64,000 nt of DNA from an uncultured Pseudomonadota bacterium (GCA_949295935.1 CASFMW010000011.1:6822-70821), one strand, 5' to 3'; positions 1 through 10,952 are shown, counted from the stretch's first letter. The notes: a model not told the origin generated them from the letters alone. Translations and numbers: made by a program.

Positions 1-26
1 ATGATGGGCGGATTTTGTTAAAGAAT

Positions 27-497
27 TTAGAGATCACCGTTAAGCCGAAGTCTTTGCTCAAAACTTCTTATTACCACTTCCAGTTCTTGCTGCATTCGCT
101 TCTTGTTTCTAAAAATAGAGAAATAGAGTTGAATAAACTGGAGATAAGACTTGAATGTTTTGTGCGGCAACTTGAGCCGAAAATTTTTCTCCAACAAATT
201 TGCAGCCGCGCGAACTTCCGGAGAAATTTCAAACGCCAGAGGCTTTTGGAACGTTCCGGCATAAGCCTCGCAACGGTTTAAAATACTGGCCAACTCATGG
301 AGCAACATCTGCCCGCCACACAGCCCTTTGCCGTTGTAGTACTTCATCACCTCATCAATCGACTCTTCGATAACAAAGTAATATGACTTAACTTGTGGGG
401 CTTGCTGTGCCTGTGTCCGCTCCAATCTTAAGCTCAAGCGTTGGGTAACACACCATAACGTAACGTCGCCTTTGGCTGAAGCATTGGCAACGGCCAA
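27..497 (-). CDS. hypothetical protein (156-aa ORF, start uncertain)
   Basis: Longest ORF in the first 500 bp. No motif I recognise. An internal Met (MKYYNGKG) could be the true start. Confidence 0.35.
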   Translation of the reverse strand: MAVANASAKGDVTLWCVTQRLSLRLERTQAQQAPQVKSYYFVIEESIDEVMKYYNGKGLCGGQMLLHELASILNRCEAYAGTFQKPLAFEISPEVRAAANLLEKNFRLKLPHKTFKSYLQFIQLYFSIFRNKKRMQQELEVVIRSFEQRLRLNGDL

Positions 498-860
498 AAC
501 ATTATCACCGCTGTTACGCCCTTCGCCCAGACAAGTTCGGTTGATTATCCGGCCGGAAACTGGGAAAAACCAGCGTCCCCCGCAGCTGCCGGCGCCCTCA
601 ACCTCATCTTAGGCGGCGGAAACTTTTATCTTGCCTCCGGCAATGGCGCTCAATCCGAGCATTTTACTTATGGTTTTCTAAACCTGCTTACCTGGCCGAT
701 TTCAATTATTTGGGGCGTGCCGGAAGCCGCAATTGATGCAAACACGATTAATCAACGCGAGCTAATTTATTTCTACACATTTGACCCACAAGGCCAAGCC
801 GCCCTTAAAGAGCGAAATCTCCAGCTCAATAACCAAGGCATGGTTACCAAAATTAAATAA
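480..860 (+). pseudogene. start-less ORF, possible 5'-truncated gene remnant (glycine-rich/hydrophobic C-terminal domain)
   Basis: Hand translation of the frame ending at TAA 858-860 gives ...NLILGGGNFYLASGNGAQSEHFTYGFLNLLTWPISIIWGVPEAAIDANT...KIK. The frame is closed by TGA at 477-479. There is no ATG/GTG/TTG before a GTG near 715. The patch is locally GC-richer than its flanks. Confidence 0.3.
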
Positions 861-863
861 CCC

Positions 864-898
864 AAAAAAAAGGAACTTTGCTTAAAGTTCCTTTTTTT
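864..898. terminator. bidirectional rho-independent terminator
   Basis: A-run, stem aggaacttt (871-879), loop gctt, stem aaagttcct (884-892), T-run. Lies between convergent ORFs. Confidence 0.8.
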
Positions 899-904
899 CC
901 TTCT

Positions 905-1474
905 TTAAGAAAATAATTCTCCATAGCGAGCAAAAGCACTTGTTTCCTGATACTTTTGCCACAAATCTTGATTGTCCGGTGTTTGCAAAAACTGAATTGT
1001 CTTTTGTTTCAATCGCCTCGTCTGCCAGTACCATAACAAAAAGGTATCAACTTCTTTTTCCGTATTTTTCTCTCGACGAATGGAAATCAACTGAATCTCA
1101 TCTTCAGCGCTTAGTGAAAAATACTGTTCAAACAATACCAACAACTTAGCCTTTCCTCCTTTGAACAGTTCCTGCTTAAAATCGCTCAAACAGGTCTGAT
1201 AGCCATAAACTCCTGTCTTTCGCATTAGACTATGTTTAATCCAGCCCAAATAACACTCAATCTGAAAAAAATCATCTGCGGCAATCAGCCTTTTGATATT
1301 GTCTTCATTCCACAGATTATAAACAAAAAACAAAACAACCTTTATGCTTTTATCTTCTCCCTTTAACAAGTGATGAGCATACTTTCGGCGTTCTTCAATA
1401 GACATTTCTCTTAATGCACAAGCTGCTTTAGCATGAACACCTTCCAAATTTTTAATAATTTCTGCTTCTTTCAT
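905..1474 (-). CDS. hypothetical protein (189 aa)
   Basis: Clean ORF bracketed by terminator-like hairpins. No recognisable domain. Confidence 0.6.
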   Translation of the reverse strand: MKEAEIIKNLEGVHAKAACALREMSIEERRKYAHHLLKGEDKSIKVVLFFVYNLWNEDNIKRLIAADDFFQIECYLGWIKHSLMRKTGVYGYQTCLSDFKQELFKGGKAKLLVLFEQYFSLSAEDEIQLISIRREKNTEKEVDTFLLWYWQTRRLKQKTIQFLQTPDNQDLWQKYQETSAFARYGELFS

Positions 1475-1500
1475 AATTATAACGTTTTAAAAATAATACA

Positions 1501-1533
1501 AAAAACAGGGTAAAGTCTAAGACCTCACCCTGT
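1501..1533 (-). terminator. rho-independent terminator (minus strand)
   Basis: Stem acagggt (1505-1511) pairs with accctgt (1527-1533), followed by a T-run on the minus strand. Sits downstream of the 1554-1985 ORF. Confidence 0.6.
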
Positions 1534-1553
1534 TATTGTCAACTTATTTTCTT

Positions 1554-1985
1554 TCAAGCAAATTTCTTAGCAAAAGAAAATTTATCTTCACCATTAATTT
1601 TGGTGATGTTCGGATTTTCCAAAATGCTTGGAAGCTCTTGGCGACGGAAAACACTTCTGGCATCAGCTCCTGTCACAAACGCGGTCACATTGCCACGGCC
1701 GCCGTCGATAAAACGCTTGGAGGCAATCGACCAAATGTCAGCAATTTCTTCATTGCTTAATCCGCAGTCTCCGCTGGATAAACCAAGTTCAACAAGTTTG
1801 GCACCGCAATCCGTATGCTCAATCATCATACTTCCTGGATGAGATTTAACATAAGCAAAAGCCTTGTCCCTATTCTCTTTTGTTGGAAGATAACTAATGC
1901 TATACAGCACAATCCCGTCTTTGGGTGTACTGACATCATAGTCTTGAGCAATTCGAAAAGCTTGTTGAAATAATTTTGATGCCAT
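1554..1985 (-). CDS. hypothetical protein (143 aa) co-transcribed with clpB
   Basis: Its start codon lies 2 nt after the clpB stop. No recognisable domain. Confidence 0.6.
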   Translation of the reverse strand: MASKLFQQAFRIAQDYDVSTPKDGIVLYSISYLPTKENRDKAFAYVKSHPGSMMIEHTDCGAKLVELGLSSGDCGLSNEEIADIWSIASKRFIDGGRGNVTAFVTGADARSVFRRQELPSILENPNITKINGEDKFSFAKKFA

Positions 1986-1987
1986 CC

Positions 1988-4582
1988 TTATTTTTTCCTC
2001 TTATTCTTAACCACATCCAGTTGACCATCGCTGCCGACCACAATATCTGCCGTATCATTATCCTCTATCTCACCGGATAAAAGCTTTAACGCCAGCTTGT
2101 TTTCAATCTGATTTTTCAGCAACCGTCTGAGCGGACGCGCACCATAAACCGGATCATAACCATTATTAACAATCCAAACAAAGGCCTGATCCGTTACATT
2201 AAGCGTTATATTATGCTCTGACAAGCGTTTTTCAATATTGCTTATCATAATCTTCGCAATTTCCTTGATATTAGACTTATCAAGCTTGTGGAAGAAAATG
2301 ATTTCATCAATACGGTTAATAAACTCCGGACGGAATGAGGCTTTAACAATATCCATTATTTGTGCCTTAATCTTGCGGGCATCATCACCGCCGGTCGCAT
2401 TGGTCAAAATATCTGACCCAAGATTTGATGTCATGATGATAATGGTATTTTTAAAGTCAACTGTCCGACCTTTACCATCGGTCAAACGACCATCATCCAA
2501 TACCTGCAACAAAATATTGAAGATATCCGGATGCGCCTTTTCAACCTCATCAAACAAAATAACCTGATAAGGACGACGACGAACAGCTTCGGTCAACATA
2601 CCACCTTCATCATAGCCAACATATCCCGGAGGAGAACCAATCAAGCGAGCAACCGCATGCTTTTCCATATACTCACTCATATCAATACGCAACATCGCAT
2701 GTTCATCGTTAAACAGAAACTCTGCCAAGGCCTTTGAGAGCTCGGTTTTACCAACACCCGTCGGACCTAAGAACAAGAACGAGCCTATCGGTTGGTTTGC
2801 ATCAGAAATTCCGGCACGAGAACGACGAACTGCGTTAGAAATAGCAACAATCGCGTCTTTCTGCCCAACAACACGCTTTGAAAGATAATCTTCCATATGT
2901 AAAAGTTTTTCTCTTTCACCTTCCAGCATTTTATCAACCGGCACACCTGTCCATTTAGAAACAACAGCGGCAATATTTTCATCCGTTACAGTTTCACTGG
3001 CTTTGTTTTTGTTGCTCTTAGCCTCTTCTTCAAGCTCTTTTAGTTGATTTTCAAGCTGCGGAATAATGCTGTATTGCAACTCACCGGCACGTTCATAACG
3101 CCCGTCACGTTTGGCAATATCAACCTCGATTCTTGCCTTATCTAGCTTGTCTTTAATCGCCGTTAAGTCAACCAAGCCTTGCTTATCTTTTTTCCATTTT
3201 TCTTCCAGCGTTTTGGCCTTGCTTTCCAAACCAGAAATTTCATAGCCAATCAACTCCAAACGAGATTTAGACTGCTCATCGGTCTCTTTCTTCAAGGCCT
3301 CACGCTCAATCTTCAACTGCAAGATTCTACGATCAAGCTCATCAAGCTCTTCCGGCTTTGAGTCAACAGCCATACGAACGGAGCTTGCCGCCTCGTCCAT
3401 CAAGTCGATTGCCTTATCCGGCAAAAATCTGTCGGTAATATAGCGATTCGACAAAGTAGCTGCCGCAATCAACGCACTATCGGCAATACGAACACCGTGG
3501 TGTAATTCAAACTTGTCTTTAATACCGCGCAAAATCGAAATCGTTTCTTCGACACTCGGCTCTCCGACAAACACCGGCTGAAAACGACGCGCTAATGCCG
3601 CATCTTTCTCAACGTATTTTTTATATTCATTTAAGGTTGTTGCCCCCAAGCAATGGAGCTCACCTCTTGCCAAAGCCGGCTTTAACAAGTTTGACGCATC
3701 CATTGATCCTTCGGAAGCACCGGCACCAACAATCGTGTGCATTTCATCAATAAACAAAATGATGTTGCCATCGGATTCTTCAACTTCTTTCAGAACCGCT
3801 TTTAAGCGTTCTTCAAACTCACCACGGAATTTTGCACCAGCAATCAAAGCCCCCATATCCAGTGCCAACAAGCGTTTATGCTGCAAACTTTCAGGAACAT
3901 CGTTGTTTACAATTCTGATAGCCAACCCTTCGACAATAGCCGTTTTACCAACACCTGGTTCACCGATTAAAACCGGATTATTTTTGGTACGACGTGACAA
4001 AACTTGGATTGTACGACGAATTTCATGCTCACGCCCAATAACCGGATCAAGCTTTCCTTCTTGTGCCTTTGCTGTAATGTCTATTGCATATTTCTTCAAA
4101 GCATTAAAATTATCTTCGGCATTTTCAGAATCAGCCACCCGACCTTTCCGCATCTCATTAACAGCCTGATTCAAAGCCACCGGATTCGCTCCGCACTCTT
4201 TCAACAAATTATAGGCTTGTGTACCGGCAAGCTGAACCAAAGCCTGTAAAATACGCTCAACCGTAACATAGCTATCACCGGATTGCTCTGCCAGCTTTTC
4301 CGCTTCCATCATCACACGGGTAAAGTCCTGATTCATCACACTCTGAACCCCACTCCCCTCTACGGACGGAAGCTTTGCAATTTCCTCAGCCACACGTGCT
4401 TTAAGCCGATTAACATCAACACCGGACTGCTGCAACAGTTCTTTCACCGTTGTATCTTTGCCTTCCAGCATTCGGCTCAGCAAATGTTCTGGCGTAATAT
4501 ATTGATGATGTTCTTTGACGGCCTGATTCACCACATCTTGAACCAATTCTTTTGACTTTGCCGTTAGCTTTTCAAAATCCAT
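1988..4582 (-). CDS. clpB: ATP-dependent chaperone/disaggregase ClpB
   Basis: 864 aa. Clp N-domain, two AAA+ modules (GEPGVGKT and GPTGVGKT Walker A motifs) and a long coiled-coil middle domain. Confidence 0.97.
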   Translation of the reverse strand: MDFEKLTAKSKELVQDVVNQAVKEHHQYITPEHLLSRMLEGKDTTVKELLQQSGVDVNRLKARVAEEIAKLPSVEGSGVQSVMNQDFTRVMMEAEKLAEQSGDSYVTVERILQALVQLAGTQAYNLLKECGANPVALNQAVNEMRKGRVADSENAEDNFNALKKYAIDITAKAQEGKLDPVIGREHEIRRTIQVLSRRTKNNPVLIGEPGVGKTAIVEGLAIRIVNNDVPESLQHKRLLALDMGALIAGAKFRGEFEERLKAVLKEVEESDGNIILFIDEMHTIVGAGASEGSMDASNLLKPALARGELHCLGATTLNEYKKYVEKDAALARRFQPVFVGEPSVEETISILRGIKDKFELHHGVRIADSALIAAATLSNRYITDRFLPDKAIDLMDEAASSVRMAVDSKPEELDELDRRILQLKIEREALKKETDEQSKSRLELIGYEISGLESKAKTLEEKWKKDKQGLVDLTAIKDKLDKARIEVDIAKRDGRYERAGELQYSIIPQLENQLKELEEEAKSNKNKASETVTDENIAAVVSKWTGVPVDKMLEGEREKLLHMEDYLSKRVVGQKDAIVAISNAVRRSRAGISDANQPIGSFLFLGPTGVGKTELSKALAEFLFNDEHAMLRIDMSEYMEKHAVARLIGSPPGYVGYDEGGMLTEAVRRRPYQVILFDEVEKAHPDIFNILLQVLDDGRLTDGKGRTVDFKNTIIIMTSNLGSDILTNATGGDDARKIKAQIMDIVKASFRPEFINRIDEIIFFHKLDKSNIKEIAKIMISNIEKRLSEHNITLNVTDQAFVWIVNNGYDPVYGARPLRRLLKNQIENKLALKLLSGEIEDNDTADIVVGSDGQLDVVKNKRKK

Positions 4583-4674
4583 TTTGCCTCACCTTTTCGT
4601 TATCTAAAAAATTCTTGTTCTTAATAATATATAAGAACGCCATGAGGTCAAAATCAATAAATATTAGAAATTTT

Positions 4675-5844
4675 TTATTTAACTTGTTTATTTTCTTGCG
4701 GCATAAGACGGATTAAAGTCAGTTCTGACGGCGCAAACAACCGCATCATCGGCCCCCATGTTCCATAACCGTTAGACACATACAAATCCATTCCTTTGAC
4801 TTTGTGCAAACCGGAAACATAATGATTAGCCAACTTCACCAAATGATGAAACGGATAAATTTGCCCACCATGCGTATGTCCCGAAACAATCAAATCAACA
4901 GCATTTTTATACAACCTGTCAGCAAAGACCGGACTATGAGATAACAAAATTTTATAGCTATCTTCTTTACGGTCTTTCAACAAACGATAAATATCAACCT
5001 TCAGCTCTGACGGCGCAGCTTTAACTGAATTATAATCAGGAATTCCACCCACAAAAATATTCAGCTCCGGAATATATTGACCGGTATTATACAAAAGCTG
5101 AAAACCCAGTTCATTAAACTTTGGCACCCAAGAATTCAACTCCGAATAAAATTCATGATTTCCCAAAGAGAGAAAAGTTCCATACTTTCCCCTGATTCCT
5201 TCCAAAAGTTTTGCTTGCTTATCCATAGCACCGGCACGATCATCAATCACATCCCCAGGCATCACCACAATTTCCGGCCGCAACCCTTTAATCTGAGCAA
5301 CTAACTTTCTAAGCCGTTTATCAGATGTTGTCCGATTAGCATGCAAATCATTCAAAACAACTATATCCACCGGTTGTTTAATTTTGTCGCTATAAAGCAC
5401 AACTTCTTTAATCGGCGGCGTCTTATAGCCTTCATGCAAGCCCCATACTGTCAGCATCACACAAAAGACAACCGCCACTGCATTTGCTCGGTTAATCAAA
5501 ACCCCATTCATCGGATCTAAAAAAGAAGACGGCTTTCCACACAACTGCGTAATCTTATGTATCCCGATCCACAAAAAATCTCTAACCAACAAAACACAAA
5601 ACAGCAAAAAGACAAAGCCAAACAAAGTATACAAAACATCATTAACCACAGCATAAGTCTGCCCTTCAAGCCAATGATGACGTCTAATCATCCCCAAGAT
5701 GAGTGGTGCCGTCCAGCCGGATAAAACCAACAAAGACACGCCCCACTTGAGCCAAATAGAATAATCGCTATAAGCGCATAATACCCGAATGGTAATTAAA
5801 GAGGCGGATAAAACAACAACAAAAAAAGCAATAAAAAAATACAC
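4675..5844 (-). CDS. membrane-anchored metallophosphoesterase (YkuE/YaeI-like)
   Basis: N-terminal TM helices followed by calcineurin-like motifs: DLHAN, GDVIDD, GNHEF, GHTHGGQ. Confidence 0.85.
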   Translation of the reverse strand: MYFFIAFFVVVLSASLITIRVLCAYSDYSIWLKWGVSLLVLSGWTAPLILGMIRRHHWLEGQTYAVVNDVLYTLFGFVFLLFCVLLVRDFLWIGIHKITQLCGKPSSFLDPMNGVLINRANAVAVVFCVMLTVWGLHEGYKTPPIKEVVLYSDKIKQPVDIVVLNDLHANRTTSDKRLRKLVAQIKGLRPEIVVMPGDVIDDRAGAMDKQAKLLEGIRGKYGTFLSLGNHEFYSELNSWVPKFNELGFQLLYNTGQYIPELNIFVGGIPDYNSVKAAPSELKVDIYRLLKDRKEDSYKILLSHSPVFADRLYKNAVDLIVSGHTHGGQIYPFHHLVKLANHYVSGLHKVKGMDLYVSNGYGTWGPMMRLFAPSELTLIRLMPQENKQVK

Positions 5845-5885
5845 TTCTCTCTCCCTCCTCCTCTTTTTTTAATTAAATCTGAGGG

Positions 5886-6395
5886 CTAAACTTCAGCGGC
5901 AACAGCAGCCGTCTTGCGACGATAAACTCTTTTTTTCGGAGCCGGAGCAGATTCACTTTCTGCTTTCGGAGCATCAGAAATTTCAATAACCGTAAAAGCT
6001 TTTTTCTCAACCACTGGAGCTTCTTCAACCGGCGCACTTGCTACTTCTGATGATTGAGCTTCCGTGCCATTATCATTCTCTGCAACTTGCTTATCAGCAA
6101 CATTTGCCTCAACAACATTTTCAGCATCATGATTAAAGTTATTGCGCTGCATTTTCTTCTCATTAATCTCGGTCACGATTTTACGATAATGTTCTGCATA
6201 TTGGCGATAAACTTCTGCGGTAATATAATCATTATTACTAACGCTGTCTTTAGCTAAATCATTATATCTTTTAATCAAATCCAACGCTGTTCCGGTAATT
6301 TTTCCTGCCGGACTTGTGCTGTCAAATTTATAATTAAGAGAATAGACCTGATTATTATAATTATTGTTGCGATATTTATTATTTAATTTTTTCAT
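5886..6395 (-). CDS. DUF4167-like protein
   Basis: The motif GTALDLIKRYNDLAKD...AEVYRQYAEHYRKI, an acidic/Ala-rich tail and a position next to prmC fit alphaproteobacterial DUF4167 as I recall it. Confidence 0.65.
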   Translation of the reverse strand: MKKLNNKYRNNNYNNQVYSLNYKFDSTSPAGKITGTALDLIKRYNDLAKDSVSNNDYITAEVYRQYAEHYRKIVTEINEKKMQRNNFNHDAENVVEANVADKQVAENDNGTEAQSSEVASAPVEEAPVVEKKAFTVIEISDAPKAESESAPAPKKRVYRRKTAAVAAEV

Positions 6396-6547
6396 ATTTA
6401 ATCCATAATTCGAGTAATGATTTCTACACGAAAATCTTTTCCTAAGTGATAAAAAAATAAGTTATTTCGGGAAAAAATTCTTAGTACTAAACCTAAAAAA
6501 ACAAGTACTTTCACGCTTATAATACATAATAATTTTTAATTTGCAAT

Positions 6548-7393
6548 TTATTTTTTCAAAATTATGCAACGCTCAATTCCAGCCAAATCCCTCAAGGTTT
6601 GACACCAAATAAACCCTTGTTTTTCAAAAATATTTCTTATTTCCTGAGCCTGATTAATTCCGCCTTCTAGCAAGATATATCCGCCTTTGCGCAAAATTTT
6701 TGGAGCAACTTCGGCAATCTTACGATAATGATCATAGCCGTCATCTCCGCCATCAAGTGCACTCAAAGGATCATAGCTTCTAACACAAACATCCAAATCA
6801 TCAATATCTTTACGCGGAATATAAGGCGGATTCGATACAATCATATCATATTCCACACCTGTTTTTTGAACAAAATCATCTTCAAACCAGCTCAAATTCA
6901 TCAACTGACAACGATTTCCAACGCCCAACCGCTTAGCATTCTCGGCAGCTATTGCCAAAGCTTTTTCCGAAGCATCAATTCCCACTCCGCTCAAAGATAG
7001 AAAATCAACTAACAACGACAACAAAATGCAGCCCGAACCTGTGCCGAAATCAATAATCTTTTCCATCTTATTTTGAAAAATTAATCTTCCGGCAGCCTCA
7101 ACCAAAACTTCTGTATCAGGCCGAGGAGAAAGCACATCTTCGCTCACCTTAAAGCGATATTTATAAAAATCTTTTTCTCCGAGTAACTTATCCAAGGGAG
7201 CTCCCTCTATTCTTTTCTGAAGAATATTTTTCAGATGCTCGCTTTGTTCCTCGGTTAAATCAAACGCGCCACTACCGATTTCATCACTGTCTTTTCCCAA
7301 GACAAAAGCAAGCACCATCCGCCCTTCCAATCTTGGCGAATCAACTTTTCCGACCAACTGTTTAACAACTTGTTCAAACGCTATATTTATCAT
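6548..7393 (-). CDS. prmC: release-factor glutamine N5-methyltransferase PrmC/HemK
   Basis: SAM-binding motif IDFGTGSGCI and catalytic NPPY. 281 aa. Confidence 0.9.
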   Translation of the reverse strand: MINIAFEQVVKQLVGKVDSPRLEGRMVLAFVLGKDSDEIGSGAFDLTEEQSEHLKNILQKRIEGAPLDKLLGEKDFYKYRFKVSEDVLSPRPDTEVLVEAAGRLIFQNKMEKIIDFGTGSGCILLSLLVDFLSLSGVGIDASEKALAIAAENAKRLGVGNRCQLMNLSWFEDDFVQKTGVEYDMIVSNPPYIPRKDIDDLDVCVRSYDPLSALDGGDDGYDHYRKIAEVAPKILRKGGYILLEGGINQAQEIRNIFEKQGFIWCQTLRDLAGIERCIILKK

Positions 7394-8703
7394 CTTAAAC
7401 TATAAATTGTTTTATCCGGCAAACTATTGACCAACCGCTGAATATAAAAACCTTGATACATGTTAATGCCAAGCGAATTTCCAACTTCCACCGCAGCAGG
7501 ATCGTCAACGCGACACAAAATCATTTTTGCACGTTCTGCCCGATTAACATAATCCATAAAATGCTTATCTTCGTGAATAACATCCATAAAGCTCGGATGC
7601 CAAATAATCTTGATAAGATCCGCATCCAGATTTTGCCGATTAATATATTTCAGCTTATCAACCGTAATACCGTCAATACAAATCTTATAGCCACGATACT
7701 GAGCAAAAGTCTTCGCCAGCATATAGGCCTTTATATCGCTGAAAATATCAACCAACTGCAACTCGAGCACAATCGTAGAGCGGGTTGTTGTATTAATTCC
7801 ATCATCAAAAGCTAAAAACTCATCTGACAATATGGTCGACACGTTCAAATTCAAACTAAAATTACTGGTCAAAGCACCATCATCATGCTGACTGACATGC
7901 TCCAAAACTCTTTTATCAAGCGTACCGGCTAGAGCTAAAAACAGCCACGGATTCGCCATAAAATCCAAATCCGGCAACAACATATCACGCAAATCGCTAA
8001 TTGCCACATAAGCTTCGTCAAACAACACCTGAGGAGAAGATTTCCCGATAATAGCACAAACTGACTGCCGACGAATCAAACTGGCAAAATCAGTCATCGA
8101 CAAGGCTTTTTGAATTTTTCCGAGCAGCGCCGGTGTCAACTCACGCCTTAGCTTTTTAACCTGAGGCTTAACAATGCGCCACTCATCGGTTTTATCAGAT
8201 GTTGTTTTTTTTCTAAGCGCAGAAAAGCTCTGCTCTGCAGCTGTTTTCATTGCGGCATCAATCGCCTGCTGAAAGCTGTTATCTAATTCATAATAAACAA
8301 CAAACCCGACTTTTTCTAAATCAAAAGAGTTTTTAATCAGCGGATCATCATGGAAAATATATTTTACTTTAATCAAACAGGCTAATATCTCTTCTTCCAT
8401 TTTTTTGTTATAAACAACTATCATATCATCATTTGGAAGACCGAAAATCTCACCTTCACCTTTTGCAGAAACAACCTCAAAAGTCTCTACCAAAGACTGC
8501 CGCGACAAATACTTTTGGTTAGCTTCACTCAGCTTGCTTGTGCACAAATATAAGGCTTTATAATCACTTTTGCTTGGCAATCTGGCCACATAATCATTTA
8601 TCAACACGTCTTTTTTTATTTCAGGCTGCAAAGACGGCGTCTGCACTTTCTTTTTATCTGATTTTTTGTTGTTTTTATTAAAAAAGAGCATATCCAACCT
8701 CAC
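7390..8703 (-). CDS. degenerate EAL-like domain protein (paralogue 1)
   Basis: The C-terminal half follows the EAL fold pattern (..LNLNVS.., ..VLELQLVD.., ..DADLIKIIW.., ..MYQGFYI). The EAL, DDFGTG and EGVE catalytic motifs are substituted. 4-nt overlaps with both neighbouring genes. Confidence 0.5.
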   Translation of the reverse strand: MRLDMLFFNKNNKKSDKKKVQTPSLQPEIKKDVLINDYVARLPSKSDYKALYLCTSKLSEANQKYLSRQSLVETFEVVSAKGEGEIFGLPNDDMIVVYNKKMEEEILACLIKVKYIFHDDPLIKNSFDLEKVGFVVYYELDNSFQQAIDAAMKTAAEQSFSALRKKTTSDKTDEWRIVKPQVKKLRRELTPALLGKIQKALSMTDFASLIRRQSVCAIIGKSSPQVLFDEAYVAISDLRDMLLPDLDFMANPWLFLALAGTLDKRVLEHVSQHDDGALTSNFSLNLNVSTILSDEFLAFDDGINTTTRSTIVLELQLVDIFSDIKAYMLAKTFAQYRGYKICIDGITVDKLKYINRQNLDADLIKIIWHPSFMDVIHEDKHFMDYVNRAERAKMILCRVDDPAAVEVGNSLGINMYQGFYIQRLVNSLPDKTIYSLR

Positions 8704-9980
8704 AACAATTTTTCAAGATTCTCTATCGAACCGCATTCATGCCGAAAATTTCCACGCAAAAGGCGACGACGTTTCAAACATTCAAGAGAAGTACATTTGT
8801 TAGCTAAAGGACAACTTTTGCGGATGAGTGCAGCCTCAATATTATCCATAAAAGGCCCCTGAAAAACAGATATTCCGTTTTTCAATCCCCATTTTAAAGC
8901 CTCTTGAGAATCACATTTTGCCAAAATCACATTTTTAGGACCAAGCTTCTCAATAGCAGCTTTCACACATTCATTCTCTGGCTCATAAGCCATCAAAGGC
9001 TCCCAAAACAACTTAATCATATCGGGTTGCAGTTGTTCCAAATTTATCATTTCCAAAGATTTTGGATTCAAAGAGTCTATTAACAGCAAATGCCCACCCT
9101 TATGCAAAAGCTCTTTCGTTTCATTATACTGAGGCAAATTATTCAAAACATCCATCATCTGCACTTCAACCACAACCGTTTGTTCTGGTTTCAAAAAATT
9201 CTTTGCAAACAAAACAAACTCTTTAGAAAAAACAGAAGACAGATTTAAATTTATGCTAATTTTCTCAGGCCATTGCTCAAGTTCTGCATAACCAAAAGCC
9301 GACAAAGTTTTTTTATCTAAAACCTGAGTCAGATATTGAAACAACCACCGACCCGCCGTCAAATCCAAATTTTCTGGAAAATAAGGGGTTAAATCCTTCA
9401 CTGCCACAAAAAATTCTTGCATACTAACATGAAAAGCACCATCGCCTTCAACGGTCAAGATACTCTGACGTTTAACCAACTCAGAAATATCAATATCATC
9501 CAACCGAGCAATAACCCCATCGATTTCTTCAGCTTTCAATGGGCGTTTAACATTTTTTTGCTCTGCAGCGGCATTAAGATGCTGCGCCTGCATCTGCTCT
9601 ATTTTGTTATAAAAGCTAACAAACTCGGTCGGAAAAGAATAAACCTTGGCAAAGTCTCGACTATCATGAGATAAAATCGGATCTGCGGCCAATCCTTCTC
9701 TCAATTTTTTAACAGCTTCATCAACTATCTCAGGGGGCGTATTTTTGCTCAAAATAGCAATATCGCCATTGCTCAAAACAAACATTACCCCTTTTGTGGT
9801 TCCGACCACACTATCAAATAAACGAGCAATAATTTTAACAAACTGCGGATGTCTGTTTTTGGGCTTAAGAAGAGAAATATTAACATACAAAACCGTATAG
9901 CCCATAGGATTGCGCGCAACCCTGTCCAACGCATCAAGAAGAATTTTTTCCGACAATATACTTTTTTGTTTTGCAGCCAT
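8700..9980 (-). CDS. degenerate EAL-like domain protein (paralogue 2)
   Basis: Same architecture as 7390-8703 (..INLNLSS.., ..VVVEVQMMD.., ..PDMIKLFW.., ..VFQGPFM). Confidence 0.5.
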   Translation of the reverse strand: MAAKQKSILSEKILLDALDRVARNPMGYTVLYVNISLLKPKNRHPQFVKIIARLFDSVVGTTKGVMFVLSNGDIAILSKNTPPEIVDEAVKKLREGLAADPILSHDSRDFAKVYSFPTEFVSFYNKIEQMQAQHLNAAAEQKNVKRPLKAEEIDGVIARLDDIDISELVKRQSILTVEGDGAFHVSMQEFFVAVKDLTPYFPENLDLTAGRWLFQYLTQVLDKKTLSAFGYAELEQWPEKISINLNLSSVFSKEFVLFAKNFLKPEQTVVVEVQMMDVLNNLPQYNETKELLHKGGHLLLIDSLNPKSLEMINLEQLQPDMIKLFWEPLMAYEPENECVKAAIEKLGPKNVILAKCDSQEALKWGLKNGISVFQGPFMDNIEAALIRKSCPLANKCTSLECLKRRRLLRGNFRHECGSIENLEKLL

Positions 9981-10034
9981 ATTATTCCATTAACCATTAT
10001 CCACAATATCTCATTATACAATATCACAGATTTT

Positions 10035-10952
10035 CTAATTTTTTGCTAACAAATTTATCAGTTTATCCACGGGTTCGCTTTCATGATAAGGCTTGAGCAG
10101 CAAAGTCGCGCGATTATCTCGCCCCAAAATATCTTTCAGCCCGTCATGAGCATCGCTGCCACTGATAAAGATAATAATTAAATTTGGATTTTTCTGCCGC
10201 AAAACGGCATATTCCTTAAGACTGCTTTTTCCCCAGAGCATAATGTCCAAATACAAAACATCAACTTTTTTATAATCAATCTGTTCAAACCGACTAAAAG
10301 ACACAACCGACACGCCTGCTTTTTTCAAAATAACAGTCAAAATTTGCTTCAAAACAGGTTCATCTTCAATCACTACCGCCTGAATTTTTCTCTGCGGAAC
10401 AAACGCCCTAAAACAGGTATCGCCGGATTCGGATTTTGCTTCAATACGACCGCCGCAAGCTTCCAAATCTTTCTTCACCGAGTATAACCCAAGCCCTTTA
10501 TGTTGTTTCTTTTTGCTACTATATCTTGGCAAAAATATTTTTTTTAGCAAAGATGGAGCAATACCTTTGCCGTTATCACAAACTTCAAACACCAAATAAT
10601 CACCATTGCTTTGAGTTTTGATAACAACCTTACCGTCTTTATTCACCGCCTCTGCTGCATTCTTTACCAAATTAATGACCATATCCTCAAACTTTTTCTT
10701 CTCCATCATTAACGGCAAAACCACTCGCTCCACAGCTACATCAAACTTAATATGAGGAAATTTTTTTTCAAAGCAACGCACAATATGCCATATACTGTCA
10801 CCAATTTCTTTTGGAGCAAATTCCGCCGCAATTTTACAAGCTTTACGGTTATTTTCATTATGCTGACGAACATGCCTTGCCAGCCGCAAATTTTTAATTG
10901 CGATACCGGCCACAATCACCCCTTCAAAAAATATTATTGCCTCAATAATCAC
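10035..10952 (-). CDS. compact hybrid sensor: TM helix + HATPase_c + receiver-like domain
   Basis: N box NLVKNAAEA, G boxes DNGKGI and GLGLYSV, then a CheY-like segment (VVIEDEP...LDIML...). I see no canonical H-box. Confidence 0.65.
   Translation of the reverse strand: MIIEAIIFFEGVIVAGIAIKNLRLARHVRQHNENNRKACKIAAEFAPKEIGDSIWHIVRCFEKKFPHIKFDVAVERVVLPLMMEKKKFEDMVINLVKNAAEAVNKDGKVVIKTQSNGDYLVFEVCDNGKGIAPSLLKKIFLPRYSSKKKQHKGLGLYSVKKDLEACGGRIEAKSESGDTCFRAFVPQRKIQAVVIEDEPVLKQILTVILKKAGVSVVSFSRFEQIDYKKVDVLYLDIMLWGKSSLKEYAVLRQKNPNLIIIFISGSDAHDGLKDILGRDNRATLLLKPYHESEPVDKLINLLAKN

Noticed and set aside
2238-4555. Several 60-144-aa plus-strand ORFs inside clpB
   Set aside because: They are antisense to an unambiguous, full-length clpB and have no independent signals.
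4600-4640. 7-bp inverted repeat gttctta-N8-taagaac upstream of clpB as a heat-shock operator (CIRCE-like) or sigma-32 promoter
   Set aside because: It does not match CIRCE (TTAGCACTC-N9-GAGTGCTAA). It is equally explained as a weak terminator of the upstream phosphoesterase gene. The promoter spacing is unconvincing.
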